Of a stretch of DNA of 64,000 nucleotides, positions 34,990 through 47,432 are shown piece after piece. Below the pieces are notes generated by a model. The model worked only from the letters and a program-made list of their open reading frames with translations, was not told where the DNA came from and did no database searches. Source of the DNA: Piedraia hortae CBS 480.64. Its lineage: Eukaryota. The translations under genes were made by a program, and so were the position numbers. The stretch is from NCBI GenBank assembly GCA_010093745.1, contig MU006028.1:1-64000 (forward strand), in the 5' to 3' direction. Each line of letters starts with the position of its first letter. The first letter of the stretch is position 1.

Positions 34990-35542
34990 GGCGGAAGACA
35001 GGTGGATGCAGTGCAAGAGATCAAGCGTGGTGTGGCGTGCACTTCCTCCGGGAGGGAAGGTGCGACACGGAGAAAGGCCATTCCGTTGTTACGAGCAACA
35101 CGCGTGAAATTTCTTTACGTGATATTGTCATTAACACGTGGTGGTTGGTTATGATGTCGTAAACAGTGTATAGTCACTCGGAGACACATGCCCACCATGC
35201 CGCTTTCAGTTGTCAGATCTCACGGCCAAGCCAAAATTAGCTAGCGGATATCTCTGTCAGTCATCTCGGCTCCTAGCGAAAACCTAGGTGGAGGAGTGTG
35301 TTCAAAGAGAAATATGGAGAAAGCCAAGACCTGAGACCAAGCCGTACGTGGAAGCAGACTACAAACCTTAATTGTAATGCCCAACAAAGTCGTATCCATC
35401 AATTTATCTTGGCAGCCCCTCCTGTCTCTCATTCGCGCCATACTCCATCGGTAAGTCCTACATTTATTCCAAGAAAATCATGAAGGCTTATGTATTCAGC
35501 TTACAAAGGATGCTCTCGAGACAAAAAATAATTGGTGATCGA

Positions 35543-35624
35543 TTCCGATGCGGGGAATCGAACCCCGGCCTTGCCGGCGCTCGAGTATGAGAGCGGCAAA
35601 TCCTAGCCACTAGACCACATCGGA
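35543..35624 (-). tRNA. tRNA-Glu(CTC) with 10-nt intron
   Basis: TCCGATG/CATCGGA acceptor stem, A box TGGTCTAGTGG, TGCCG-CT-CTC-A[TACTCGAGCG]C-CGGCA, B box GGTTCGATTCC. Confidence 0.95.
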
Positions 35625-36038
35625 TCTACATTTACCATCACAATACAATCTGTCTATTACCCAAAGACCTAGTCGTGAAAGTACTATGCCAGCTCTCATG
35701 TTGTCCGAGCTGAACCTACATTAGCGAAGAGGTACCGCAATTTCTTACGAGCGTAGGGATGCAAAGAGCAACCGATTCACGAAAGACACTTTCTACCAGA
35801 TGGATTATCATAATTAAATAAACAATGCCCTGCCCTGCCCTGCTTACTGCCCAGATGCGTCAAATCTAAAGAAGCAAATAAAGTGACATTGCATTGGTAA
35901 AAGGGATTCATCAACCCTACCCAACAAGCCGTAGATCTTGATAAACGATCAGAACAAAAATTTCGAAAAAGTCTCTGATCTCAACAAATGCATCCGCACA
36001 TTACCGAAAAATAGATCGGTTTTTGGGCGAAAAAAAAT

Positions 36039-36123
36039 TGGCGGTACCCAGAATCGAACTGAGGCTGGCACGGATGCTGCAATCAAGCCACAACGTGACG
36101 TCATACCACTAGACCATACCACC
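36039..36123 (-). tRNA. tRNA-His(GTG) with 14-nt intron
   Basis: GGTGGTA/TACCGCC acceptor stem, anticodon GTG, T-arm CTCAG-TTCGATT-CTGGG, followed by a T8 Pol III terminator. Confidence 0.9.
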
Positions 36124-36399
36124 TTTCCACTAGACCATTGGTACTAGCTAATAACGGTTTGGAACAATTTGTATATAGACTTCAATCAATCACGCTCATA
36201 GAGAGAACATCGCCAACCCATTATAGATCGAGACTTTATCATCAGACCTCTTGCGAATCTACAATACGCCAGCGTTCTGGCATTTATTGATATCTATCTG
36301 ACCGCAAGAAAACACCACTCGCATCATCCCCACCTTCCAGAAGCAGGGCAACGGACCCCAAGTTTGGCAAATTACACCTCACCATGAAACACCTCAACC

Positions 36400-37719
36400 A
36401 TGACTCTTGAGATCTCCATCATCGGCTCCGGGATGGGCGGTCTAGCCCTCGCCCTATCCCTCTCTTGCCAAAATTTTCAAAACATCACCGTCTACGAATC
36501 AGCGAGTAATCTAGGTTTCGTGGGTGCGGGGATTCAACTTGCTCCTAACCTTGCAAGGATTTTGAATACGCTGGGGGTGTGGGAAGATGTGGAGAGGGAG
36601 GCTGTTGATTTGAGATCTACGAGTATTAGACTTGGAAGGACGGATGGGGAGTTGGGGTTTGTGGAGCTTGGGGATGTGAGGAGGGTGTATGGGTACCCGC
36701 ATATGGTTGGACATAGGGCTAGTCTTACTGAGGCATTGTTTAGGGGGTGTGAAAGGAAGGGGGTTGGGTTTTGTTTTGGAGAGAGGGTCACGAATGTGGT
36801 TTCCTATGGGCCAAGGCCGAGATTTAGGGTTGAGGGAAGAGAGGGGGTGAGGGAGGTGCAGTGTAATGTTCTCATCGCGGCGGATGGAGTTAAATCTCTT
36901 GTTAGGGATGGGATGATGAGGAGGGCTGGGAAGGAAGTAAAGGTCGAGGAGACTGGTCAGGCTGCTTATAGAATTATGTTGAGGAGGGAGGATATGGAAC
37001 ATGACCCTGAGTTGTTGGAGTTGGTGGATGGGGAATCCGTCACAAGATGGATAGGTGAGAAGAGACATATCATTGCTTACCCAGTGGCGAGGCATAGAAT
37101 TTATAACTTGAGTACTGTGCAGCCGGATAGGAATTTTGCGGCGGCTCCGTCGGAGATGTATACGACAAAGGGGAGTAAGCGGCAGATGATGGAGGTTTTT
37201 GCTGATTTCTGTCCCAAAGTGAGAAGGATGTTGGATCTTGTGCCCAATGGTGAGGTTTGCGAATGGAAGTTGCGTGTACATGAGCCGCTACCGTTTTGGA
37301 CATGGGACCAGACTGCTCTCTTGGGCGATGCTTGTCATCCAACGCTGCCACATCTGGCTCAAGGTGCTGCTCAGGCTGTGGAAGATGCAGCTGTCCTTGC
37401 TCGAGTCTTGGCAAAGCTGCCGAATGAAAGTCCCGAAGCCATTGCCAAGGGTTTGCGTGTATATGAGGCTATGCGTCGCGATCGTGCCTATGCACTGGTG
37501 GAACTTGCAGCCGCTTCGGGACGGGCGTTACATCTGGGAGAGGGAGCGGCGAAAGAAGAAAGAGATCGGCAGTTTGCTGCTCTGAAACAAGGCAAGGGCC
37601 CCGTTCCAGACAAATGGGCGGATGAAGATGTGCAAAAGATGATTTATACCGATGTTGTCTGCAAGGTCGATGAAGAATTCGAGTCTCTATACCGCAACTT
37701 GTCTGATTCACAATCTTGA
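36400..37719 (+). CDS. FAD-dependent monooxygenase (salicylate hydroxylase-like)
   Basis: 'IIGSGMGGL', 'IAADGVKS', 'LLGDACHPTLPHLAQGAAQAVED'. Confidence 0.92.
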   Translation: MTLEISIIGSGMGGLALALSLSCQNFQNITVYESASNLGFVGAGIQLAPNLARILNTLGVWEDVEREAVDLRSTSIRLGRTDGELGFVELGDVRRVYGYPHMVGHRASLTEALFRGCERKGVGFCFGERVTNVVSYGPRPRFRVEGREGVREVQCNVLIAADGVKSLVRDGMMRRAGKEVKVEETGQAAYRIMLRREDMEHDPELLELVDGESVTRWIGEKRHIIAYPVARHRIYNLSTVQPDRNFAAAPSEMYTTKGSKRQMMEVFADFCPKVRRMLDLVPNGEVCEWKLRVHEPLPFWTWDQTALLGDACHPTLPHLAQGAAQAVEDAAVLARVLAKLPNESPEAIAKGLRVYEAMRRDRAYALVELAAASGRALHLGEGAAKEERDRQFAALKQGKGPVPDKWADEDVQKMIYTDVVCKVDEEFESLYRNLSDSQS

Positions 37720-38586
37720 TTCCTTGTTATGGAGGAATGAAACCACGAAATTGACCAATTCTCCCACAACCTTCCTATCGCTTCCATTTAGATTGTGCGT
37801 AGCAGAAGGAATGATTCTACCCTGTGCCTCCCCATCGCCGTGGCGAACAATGTCAAGCCACCGCTGTACCAGTGCCTCCTTGTCCACAAAATCAGGCACA
37901 TTCTCATCCTTACCGCTGTATAGAATGAGCAGTGGCGTTTTTATGCTGCCAAAGGTATTCTCCAATTGCTCGTCGGAGAGGTCCGAAGAGAAGAAGTCAT
38001 CTGCGCCGTTGTGCTCAGGCGAAGAAAGATCCAGCCATCGTCTTGCCGAGATAGCCACACGACCAAACAGCGGACGGGTTAAACGATGGGGCAAAACGTC
38101 TTCCGGGTTCATTCTAGTTGCCGCCTCGTTTGCCTCTTTAACGAGATTCTGATCTCCCATGGCCATTGCCTCGCGATCCGAGACAGGGGCTTGAAGAATG
38201 ACTCCTTCCACCGTCTCATTCTTCCGAAGAAGATATTCCATGCAATCTTGACAGCCCGTGGAATGACCCATGAGGACTATTTTCCCACCGGGTTTATGTG
38301 AACGAAAGTAGGCAACGATTTTGGAAAGGTCGTTTGCATCTCTCGATATGGAGCTTATACCCCAACCTAGGCCTGTGGAGTGGAGATTGGCTATAGCCAC
38401 ACTCCAGTTACTGAGAGCCAGAGCCGTGGAGAGGGCTTTTGGATAATCTACAAACAGTTGCGTATCGCCTAGCCCAGCGATCCATATCAGTGTGTTCGCC
38501 TTGGACGCTCCAAGCTCAAAGGCGCTGAGACGCGCTGGTATATAGTGCAGCGTTCCCGCATTTGCAGAAGCTGGCGGAGACAGCAT
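37708..38586 (-). CDS. DUF1749/UPF0613 alpha/beta hydrolase; C-terminal SRL
   Basis: 'IWIAGLGD', nucleophile elbow 'LMGHSTGCQD', 'ILQAPVSDRE', 'DDFFSSDL'. Confidence 0.88.
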   Translation of the reverse strand: MLSPPASANAGTLHYIPARLSAFELGASKANTLIWIAGLGDTQLFVDYPKALSTALALSNWSVAIANLHSTGLGWGISSISRDANDLSKIVAYFRSHKPGGKIVLMGHSTGCQDCMEYLLRKNETVEGVILQAPVSDREAMAMGDQNLVKEANEAATRMNPEDVLPHRLTRPLFGRVAISARRWLDLSSPEHNGADDFFSSDLSDEQLENTFGSIKTPLLILYSGKDENVPDFVDKEALVQRWLDIVRHGDGEAQGRIIPSATHNLNGSDRKVVGELVNFVVSFLHNKESRL

Positions 38587-38734
38587 GTTATCTGCTATTT
38601 TCACTCTTTGTGATGTAGCTGTCTATTCTTTCCGGCCTTTGCGAATTGCCAGATCTCAACTTGAAGCCGAATTACCCCGCGCAATATTAATCACGTCACT
38701 GTTCCCGCTTGCCCCACGCTGACATGAACTGCAA

Positions 38735-39349
38735 CTATCTCGCTGAAGGCTGGCCTTTGCCCCATGCAGGTAATCGCGTTACAAGATGTTCCACATTCCC
38801 AGACTTTTCATCCATATCCGCGGTGGCTGGAAGATATTCGATCTCTTCCTTCCTGGGAAGTGACTTTAGGTGCATCTGCAAACCCTCCAGATAACATTCT
38901 TCCGGCCACTCAGTCCGAACAGCCAAATGTTCCGGCAAAGCACTTGCATAGCTTTCATTTTGAGTGATTCCCGCAAATTCCATTAGCTTAGGCAAGAGAC
39001 TAGGGTTACCCAGAGCGGGACTATTCTTCAGCCGCTCATTGAAATGCACGTTTTGCTTCTTGAGAGCGAGGAAACGTTCGAATTTTGCAGTTATAGCCGA
39101 CTTGGTAGACTCCTCTGGCTCTGGACTATTGGGGATAGCGAAGTTGGGGATTGTGGGCATTGTCAATTCTTGCACTCGCTGGCGTTCGAGGTCCAAGCTG
39201 TGTTCTTCGACATCAGGTCGGCTTGGTCCTACTGGGGCTGATGTTGTGTGGATAGCTGGCTCTATCTGGACCTGCTGAAAGCTCTCAGTTTGTGTAGCTT
39301 CTCCTTCTTCCTCTTCTTCGCTGCTGGCATAGCTGACGAGGGAGTTCAT
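38735..39349 (-). CDS. SAP30-binding protein/HCNGP-like
   Basis: 'MNSLVSYASSEEEE', 'KFERFLALKKQNVHFNERLKNSPALGNPSLLPKLMEFAGI'. Confidence 0.85.
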   Translation of the reverse strand: MNSLVSYASSEEEEEGEATQTESFQQVQIEPAIHTTSAPVGPSRPDVEEHSLDLERQRVQELTMPTIPNFAIPNSPEPEESTKSAITAKFERFLALKKQNVHFNERLKNSPALGNPSLLPKLMEFAGITQNESYASALPEHLAVRTEWPEECYLEGLQMHLKSLPRKEEIEYLPATADMDEKSGNVEHLVTRLPAWGKGQPSAR

Positions 39350-39463
39350 TGATGTTGGTGAATTTCATACGTAAAAACGGGGCTAGCGGGATAAGTCACG
39401 TCCGCGTCATTCCCAATCAGGCAACTGTGGTGCCAAGCAACATCACCTCTCAACACAGCAGCC

Positions 39464-40315
39464 ATGAACCATTTCCCCGAAGCTTGGGGACGAGTAGGTA
39501 GCTGGATACAATGAGAAGAACTGCGCTGACCTCTATAGCCCCGAAATGATGTGTACGGCGCATATAATTGGGCGCACCTTCACGGGCAGCAACAGCCGCA
39601 AACACACACGCAGACGCCCATCGTTACGGGAACGTCAGTGGTGGCCATCAAGTACAAAGACGGCACGGTGATCGCGGCCGACAATTTGGCATCGTACGGT
39701 GCGCTTGCGCGCTTCACCAACGTCCATCGGCTGAAGAGGTTCAACCGTAAGACGGTCGTTGGCTTCGGCGGCGATGTATCGGACATGCAGCACATTGATC
39801 GCTTGCTACAAGAGCTTAACGTGGAGGAGAATTACTACGGCAATGGCGAATCGCAGGACGATGATCGTGCGCTGATGTCGGCCAAGAACGTCCACAAATA
39901 CCTCAGCAAAGTCATGTACAAGCGGCGGTCCGATTTCAATCCGCTGTGGAACGCTATCCTTGTGGCTGGACTAGACGAGCAAGACAAACCGTTCCTGGCC
40001 TACGTGGATCTGCTCGGCACGACGTTTAGCGGCCCCAGCTTGGCCACGGGCTTCGGTGCCCATCTTGCCCAGCCAATCCTACGACATCTTGTGCCGGATG
40101 AACAGTCGACAATGTCACTAAGCAAAGAGCAGGCGGTAGAGGCGGTGAAAGAGTGTATGAAGGTGCTGTTCTACCGTGATGCACGATCAATGAACGAGTA
40201 CAGCATCGCCGTCATCGACAAACAGGGCGTTGAACTAAAGAACAAGGTCCCTCTGGAAAACCAAAGTTGGGATTTTGCAGACCGCATTCGCGGCTACGGC
40301 ACGCAGACTGTGTAA
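39464..40315 (+). CDS. PRE4: 20S proteasome subunit beta-7; intron 39494-39538
   Basis: MNHFPEAWGR|PRNDVYG..'TQTPIVTGTSVVAIKY', 'KVLFYRDARS', 'IRGYGTQTV'. Confidence 0.96.
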
Positions 40316-40535
40316 CTGTAGTAGTATTTCAATGTCATTCGCTGCTCCTATCGACTCTTAATCACCACCCGACCCGGTTGCAATGTCTCATCGTTCCTCT
40401 CTGCTCTAAGGAGCGTCACGGGGACTGGGACGGGGTCCATTTGCTGGGTTGCGCGAGGCTTGGGAAGGAGGGCGGCAGTTAACAGAAGAACAAAACAGAA
40501 CACTTAACGGCTGCATCATATCGTTGGACGGTTGC

Positions 40536-41417
40536 TCACATGAAATCGTCGCTGCCAGAGTTAGTTGACGTCCGATTAACTGGGACAAAGACTCACTCAT
40601 CCAGCCCGTAACTGTAGTCTGCAGTGTCGTTTGCGACTTCCATGTAGCGGCTGGCGTTCAGCGTAGTCTTGGTCTTGGCCGCCTTGGTCTTCTTGCCACC
40701 CTTTTCGGCCGCCTTTTCCTCGCGCATCTTCTCGTTGCTCAGCGTGGTGAGGGCGCTGGCCACCTTCTTGATTTGCTCGCTGCTCATTTCCTTGCAGAGT
40801 TGCTTGGCGAGTTCGGGCATGAAGGTTGCGTAGCTGGGTTTCTTGGAGTTGGCCGTCAGCAGCGGCACGAGCGTCTCGCGCAGCTTCAAAAACTGCTGCG
40901 GCGTGGCAGGATTGAAGAGCTTCATGCTACTGAGGTCTATGGCGTTGCCGGGGTCCTTTTCGTCAACAACGGTGATGGGCTTGATGCCGCGGTCGGCCTT
41001 GCCGCTGCCTGCTCCGCCAAAGAGATCCTCGGCATTGCGCAGGTCGCTCTCCTTCTCCGCCGCTCGAAGACGAGCGCGCTTGGCCGCTTCGTCTTCGTCG
41101 TCGCTGCTGTCCATATCCAACACATGCTGTTTCTTGCGCATGTTCTCCTCGATGCGTTCGGCGCGTCGCTGGCTCTTGGACTTGTGGCTGGCCTTTGCTT
41201 CGGCTTCTGCCTTGGCCTTGGCTGCTTCGGCCTGCTTTGCCTTTTCGCGCTCTTCTTCGCTGTCGGGTTCGTTTTCCCAATCCTCAAGAACATCTTCATC
41301 TTCTTCGTCCTCAAACTTGCCACGCCTGACGGGAACGGCAGGGGGGCTCGACTGGGGCGTAGAGTCGGCCTCGGAGTCAGATTCGTCCCACGATGCAGAG
41401 ATCTTTGACGGCGCCAT
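40536..41417 (-). CDS. HCR1: Translation initiation factor eIF3 subunit J; intron 40596-40552
   Basis: Acidic N-terminus with conserved Trp; 'ESDLRNAEDLFG'; splicing of the GTGAGT..CTAAC..CAG intron gives the family C-terminus 'GLDDDDFM'. Confidence 0.93.
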
Positions 41418-42030
41418 GATTATAGTCTGCCAGAGTCTGAGTCTTTCGCGCGCAGCACAGTTGCAAACGTGGCCTAGTTGTGTGTGGGTGGAAGAATTTG
41501 CGGCTGTGTGGGGCTGAAGAGGGGCTGGCTGCTCGCGGGCGTCACAAAGGGGTCACAGCACTGTCAGCTGGACGCGACTTTGTTGCTTGGAAATCGGACA
41601 AATTAGAGCGGGTAACTGCGGTCATGCAACGGTCCTCGCCGTTCGCAGCATTACACATGTATGCCATGCAGGTTCACGAAGCAGAGCGTGATAGGCTAGC
41701 AGGGATCTGATGTCATCTGGCCCCCCAAAACCAGGAGGTTTTCAGTCAATTACATGTTTCGGGACCGTAATGTGTAGTCTGGCTGACCAATCAGAGGCTT
41801 GCTTTCTCCACTAGTTGTTTTGAAAGCACGTGATTGCGGGAGTTCCCGATCCGCGGGAACGCGAGAAGGCCAAACCCGTCAACGGCAACAACCAGGACTC
41901 TCACAACAATTAGTTTCGTGTCTTCCGTTCGCTCCTTTGCGGCTTAACAATAACTGTAGAGCGTCCCATCAACGCCGTGATTTACGAAACAAACTGGATG
42001 CGGCAGGCCCTCTGAGAAGGTCAAGCAACT

Positions 42031-45000
42031 ATGGCGCAGGAGAGGTTACCCATCAAATTCAAGCTGCTACTCCAGCTGCCTGATGTGGGCGTTCAAGTAG
42101 GTGATAATTCAGTTTTGAGAGAGCGTCATTCTGACGTGGCCAGTCATCAGCAATAGGATTCTATGGCTGTACGTTGCAGTCTGACCACTTTGTGTGTGTC
42201 CGACAGCTGGCAGAGGGCAGCGAGCAGCCAGAGGTGATTATTGTACACCTCAAGGACAACAATGCGGTCGTGAAGCGGCCAATCAAGGCTGAAAACGCCA
42301 TCATGCACCTGAACAAGGACATTATCGCGCTCAAGTCCGGCACGACGCTACAGATCTTCGACCTTGCAGCCAAGACCAAGCTCAAGAGCACCACAATGAC
42401 TGAGGAGGTCGTTTTCTGGAAATGGTACGACGACAAGTCGCTCGGTCTGGTGACGGACAGGACTGTTTACCATTGGAACATCTTCGACCCGTCCCAGATT
42501 GCGCCTTCCAGAGTTTTTGAGCGGAACCAAAAACTGAATGGTTGCCAAATCATCGACTACCGCGTCAGTGAGGATGAGAAATGGATGGTGGTGGTGGGCA
42601 TCTCGCAGCAGCAGGGCCGCGTGGTTGGCGCCTCGCAGCTGCACTCTGTAGAACGGGGCATGGGTCAGCCGCTCGACGGCAGCGCAGTCGCTTTTGGGAC
42701 TTTGCGGTTGGATGATGCCAAGACAGACACCAAGATCTTTGCGTTTGCAAACCGTTCTCCTACGGACGCCAAGCTTCACATCTTTGAGATCGATCACCAG
42801 ACCGGCAATCCCACCTTCACCAAAAAGACGGTCGACATCTTCTTCCCTCCAGAGTCGTCTAGTGACTTCCCCGTGACTATGCAGGTGTCGTCCAAGTACA
42901 AGGTCATCTATATTGTGACAAAATTTGGCCTGATCCACCTGTACGATCTGGAAACGGGCGCAACCATCTTTGTGAAACGCATCTCAACCGACAGCATCTT
43001 CACCTGCGCCGCAGACGAGGACGGCACCGGCATCGTCTGCCTAAACCGCAAGGGTCAAGTGCTCTCGGTCAACATTGATGAGAACACAATCGTGCCCTAC
43101 TTGCTCCAAAATCCCGAGAATGCTGGATTGGCATACAAGTTGGCTGCTCGGGCAGGTCTTCCAGGCGCAGATCAGCTATATCAGCAGCGGTTCGATCAGA
43201 TGCTCGCCGCGGGAGACTATGAGAATGCTGCCAAGACGGCTGCAAACTCTCCCCGGGGCTTCCTGCGCACGCCTCAGACCATCGAGCGCTTCAAGAATCT
43301 GCCATCGCAACCAGGCCAGCTCGCGTTTATCTTGCAGTACTTTGGCATGTTGCTGGATAAGGGCAAGTTGAATGAACATGAGACGCTTGAACTCGCGCAG
43401 CCCGTATTGGCGCAGAACCGGAAACATTTGTTGGAAAAGTGGATGAAGGAAGGAAAGCTGTATTGCTCTGAGCGTTTGGGAGATCTCGTTCGTACCCAGG
43501 ACGTTGGTATGGCCCAGCAAATCTACCTCGAGGCTGGAGCTGCGCAAAAGGTTGTGGCAGCCATGGCTGAGTCTGGTTCGTTTGATCAGATCCTGCCTTA
43601 TGCCCGCTCGGTGGGCTACAACCCAGACTTCAACTCGCTTTTGCAGCACATCACGCGTGTAAACCCTGACAAAGGTGCTGAACTGGCAACCAACCTGGCC
43701 AACGCGGACCCTAGTCTGCTCGATGTTGACCGCACAGTCGACATTTTCCAGTCTCAGGGCATGATCCAGCAGGCAACATCGTTCCTTTTGGAAGTACTTG
43801 CCCCTAACAAGCCAGAGCAAGGTCACCTCCAAACCAGACTGCTTGAAATGAATCTGCTCAACGCCCCCCAAGTAGCCGATGCCATGCTGGGTAATGACAT
43901 GTTCTCCTACTATGATAAGCCTCGCATTGCTAAGCTTTGCGAGAACGCTGGTCTGATTGCTCGTGCCCTGGAGCTGTATGATGATCCGACGTCTATCAAG
44001 CGCTGCATCGTTCAGACCGACAAGCTCGGCGAGGAGTTCTTGATCCAGTACTTTAGTCGTCTTACCGTTGACCTTGCACTTGAATGTTTGGATGAGATGC
44101 TCAGGACCAACATTCGCCAGAACCTGCAGGCTGTGATCAACATTGCCAAGAAGTATTCGGATCTGTTCGGCCCGAACAACATTATTGACCTCCTGGAGAA
44201 GTACCGCACCGCAGAAGGTTTGTACTTCTACCTGGGCGGCATCGTCAACATCAGCGAGGATAAGGACGTCACGTTCAAGTACATTGAGGCAGCAGCCAAG
44301 ATGGGCCAGATGCAGGAGGTTGAGCGCATCTGCCGCGAAAGCAACCATTACGACCCTGAGAAGGTGAAAAACTTCCTGAAGCAGCAGAACCTGACCGAGC
44401 AACTGCCGCTCATCATTGTCTGTGATCGTTTCACCTTCATCCACGACCTCGTCTTGTACCTGTACAAGAACCAGCACTTTAAGTCCATTGAGGTCTATGT
44501 GCAGCGGGTGAACCCTTCGAGAACGCCAGCCGTCGTCGGTGGTCTGTTGGACGTGGACTGTGACGAGAACATCATTAAGAGTTTGTTGAGCTCAGTCTCG
44601 CCAGAGTACATTCCCATTGATGAGCTTGTGCATGAGGTCGAAACCCGCAACCGCCTGAAGCTCCTGCTGCCGTTCTTAGAGTCCACACTGGCTGCAGGCA
44701 ATCAGCAACAGGCTGTGTACAATGCTCTGGCCAAAATCTACATCGACTCCAACAACAACCCCGAAAAGTTCCTCAAGGAAAACGACCTCTACGACACGTT
44801 GTCCGTTGGCAAATATTGCGAGAAGCGTGATCCGAACCTCGCCTTCATCGCCTATCGCAAGGGTCAGAATGATCTTGAACTCATCAACATCACCAATGAA
44901 AACGCTATGTTCCGGGCACAGGCGAGGTACTTGCTTGACAGGGCAGACTCCGAAATTTGGGGCTACGTGCTCTCAGAAAACAACATGCACAGACGGTCGC

Positions 45001-47131
45001 TCGTTGATCAGGTCATTTCAACGGCAGTTCCCGAGTCGCAAGACCCGGAGAAAGTCTCGATTGCGGTCAAGTCCTTCATCGATGCCGATATGCCTGTCGA
45101 GCTCATTGAGCTGTTGGAGAAAATCATTCTTGAGCCTTCCACTTTTAGTGATAACTCCAACTTGCAGAACCTGCTCATGCTGACGGCTGCCAAGTCTGAC
45201 CGGGGCCGTGTGGCTGGCTACATTCAAAATCTGGACAACTACAGCCCAGATGATATTGCACAGCAATGTATCGAGGTGGGAATGTACGAGGAAGCTTTCT
45301 TGATTTATAAGAAGGCCAATCAGCACTCGGAGGCTGCCAGCGTCCTTGTAGATCACGTTGTCAGCCTTGATCGTGCGCAGGAATACGCTGACCAGGTCGA
45401 CTTGCCGCCAGTGTGGTCCAAGGTTGCCAAGGCCCAGCTCGATGGGCTACGCGTCAGCGATGCCATTGAGTCCTATATCCGTGCGCAAGACCCAGGCAAT
45501 TTCAAAGAAGTGATTGAGGTGGCTACCGAGGCGGGCAAAGACGAGGGTCTGATCAAGTACCTGAGGATGGCCAGAAAGAAGGTGCGAGAGCCTGAGATAG
45601 ATACGGGTTTGGCCTTTTGCTTTGCGCGGACCAACCAACTTGCTGAGCTTGAAGAGTTCTTGCGCTCGTCCAACTCTGCCAATGTGGAAGAGTCTGGTGA
45701 CAAGGCTTATGCCGAGGGCTATTATGACGCAGCCAAGATCTTCTACAGCTCAATCTCCAACTGGGCCAAGCTTGCCACGACTCTGGTACATTTGGAGGAC
45801 TATCAAGCTGCAGTGGAGTGTGCTCGCAAAGCGAACAATGTCAAGGTGTGGAAGCAAGTCAACGCCGCCTGTGTGGCCAAAAAGGAGTTTCGTCTGGCGC
45901 AAATTTGCGGTCTCAACCTCATTGTGCATGCAGAGGAATTGGCCGATCTTGTTAAGCAGTATGAGCGTGAAGGGTACTTTGATGAGCTCATCTCCCTCCT
46001 CGAGGCTGGTCTCGGCCTTGAACGGGCGCACATGGGCATGTTCACTGAGCTTGGCATTGCGTTGAGCAAGTATCATCCGGAGCGAGTCATGGAGCACCTG
46101 CGCATCTTCTGGGGAAGAATTAACATTCCTAAGATGATTAGAGCGTGCGAAGAGGCCCATCTGTGGCCCGAGTTGGTCTTCCTTTACCAGCATTACGATG
46201 AATACGACAATGCAGCTCTCGCAATGATGGAACACGCTGCAGACGCCTGGGAGCACCACAGCTTCAAGGATATCATCGTCAAGGTTGCCAACTTGGAGAT
46301 TTACTATCGTGCCCTCAACTTTTATCTCCAAGAGCAGCCGTCGTTGCTTACCGACTTGCTGCAAACTCTTGCACCGCGCATCGATGTCAACCGGGTTGTG
46401 CGCATGTTTGAGAAATCAGACAACATTCCCCTTATCAAGCCGTTCTTACTCAACGTGCAGTCGCAAAACAAGCGTGCGGTCAACGATGCCATCAACGATC
46501 TGCTGATTGAAGAAGAGGACTACAAGCAGCTCCGCGACAGTGTGGAGAATTTCGACAATTACGAGGCCGTGGCCTTGGCGCAGCGGCTGGAGAAGCACGA
46601 TTTGGTCTTCTTCCGTCAAATCGCGGCAAGCATCTACAGGAAGAACAAGCGATGGGACAAGAGCATACAGCTATCGAAGCAGGATAAACTGTATAAAGAC
46701 GCCATCGAGACCGCGGCCATGTCTGGCAAGCCTGACGTTGTTGAGGAGTTGTTGCGCTATGTAAGTGTACTGTCATCTGATGAGCTAACCTTACTGACAA
46801 GACACAGTTTGTCGACATTGGCAGCAAGGAGTGTTATGTCGGAATGCTGTATGCCTGTTACGACCTCATTCCGCTGCACACGGTCATGGAGATTTCATGG
46901 CGTCATGGCCTGAACGACTTCACCATGCCGTTCATGATCAACTACATGGCACAACAGGCATCGACAATTGAGCAGCTCAAGAAAGACAACGAGGAGCGTA
47001 AGGCTCGGGAAGCGGAAAACAAAAAGGATGAAGATACGGGCCCAATCCTCAGCCAGAGCAGACTCATGCTCACCCAGGGCCCGCAGCCCAATGGAATCAT
47101 GCCGCAGCCGACGGGTTTCAGTAGTTTCTAG
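42031..47131 (+). CDS. CHC1: Clathrin heavy chain; introns 42097-42143, 46761-46807
   Basis: MAQERLPIKF..; 'LRTPQTI', 'VGKYCEKRDP', 'ERAHMGMFTEL', last exon 'FVDIGSKECY..FTMPFMIN'. Confidence 0.98.
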
Positions 47132-47432
47132 GAAAGAAGTTTGACTAATAAGGGTCCATTGCGGGTTGAGTCGGCCATGTATATTATGTTTGCGCTTTTT
47201 TATTAGTAATGAATGGTGTTGTTTGCAGTGTGGTGGGTAATTTTGCTCAGTGCAAGGCCCGTGCGGAATAGTTTGTGTTATCTTGGCCAGGGGCCGAACG
47301 CATTTATCGTTCCTGTAATACGAGTTCTTCCCTACCTTCACACTGATTCACACACCCTTAGTTTCAACATTCATAAACGAGAACACTACATAATCTCATC
47401 ACCCCTCCCATCCCCAAATAACCTCAAAAAAA

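Noticed and set aside
41998..42015. uORF MRQAL upstream of CHC1
   Set aside because: TSS unknown; such a short ORF is expected by chance.
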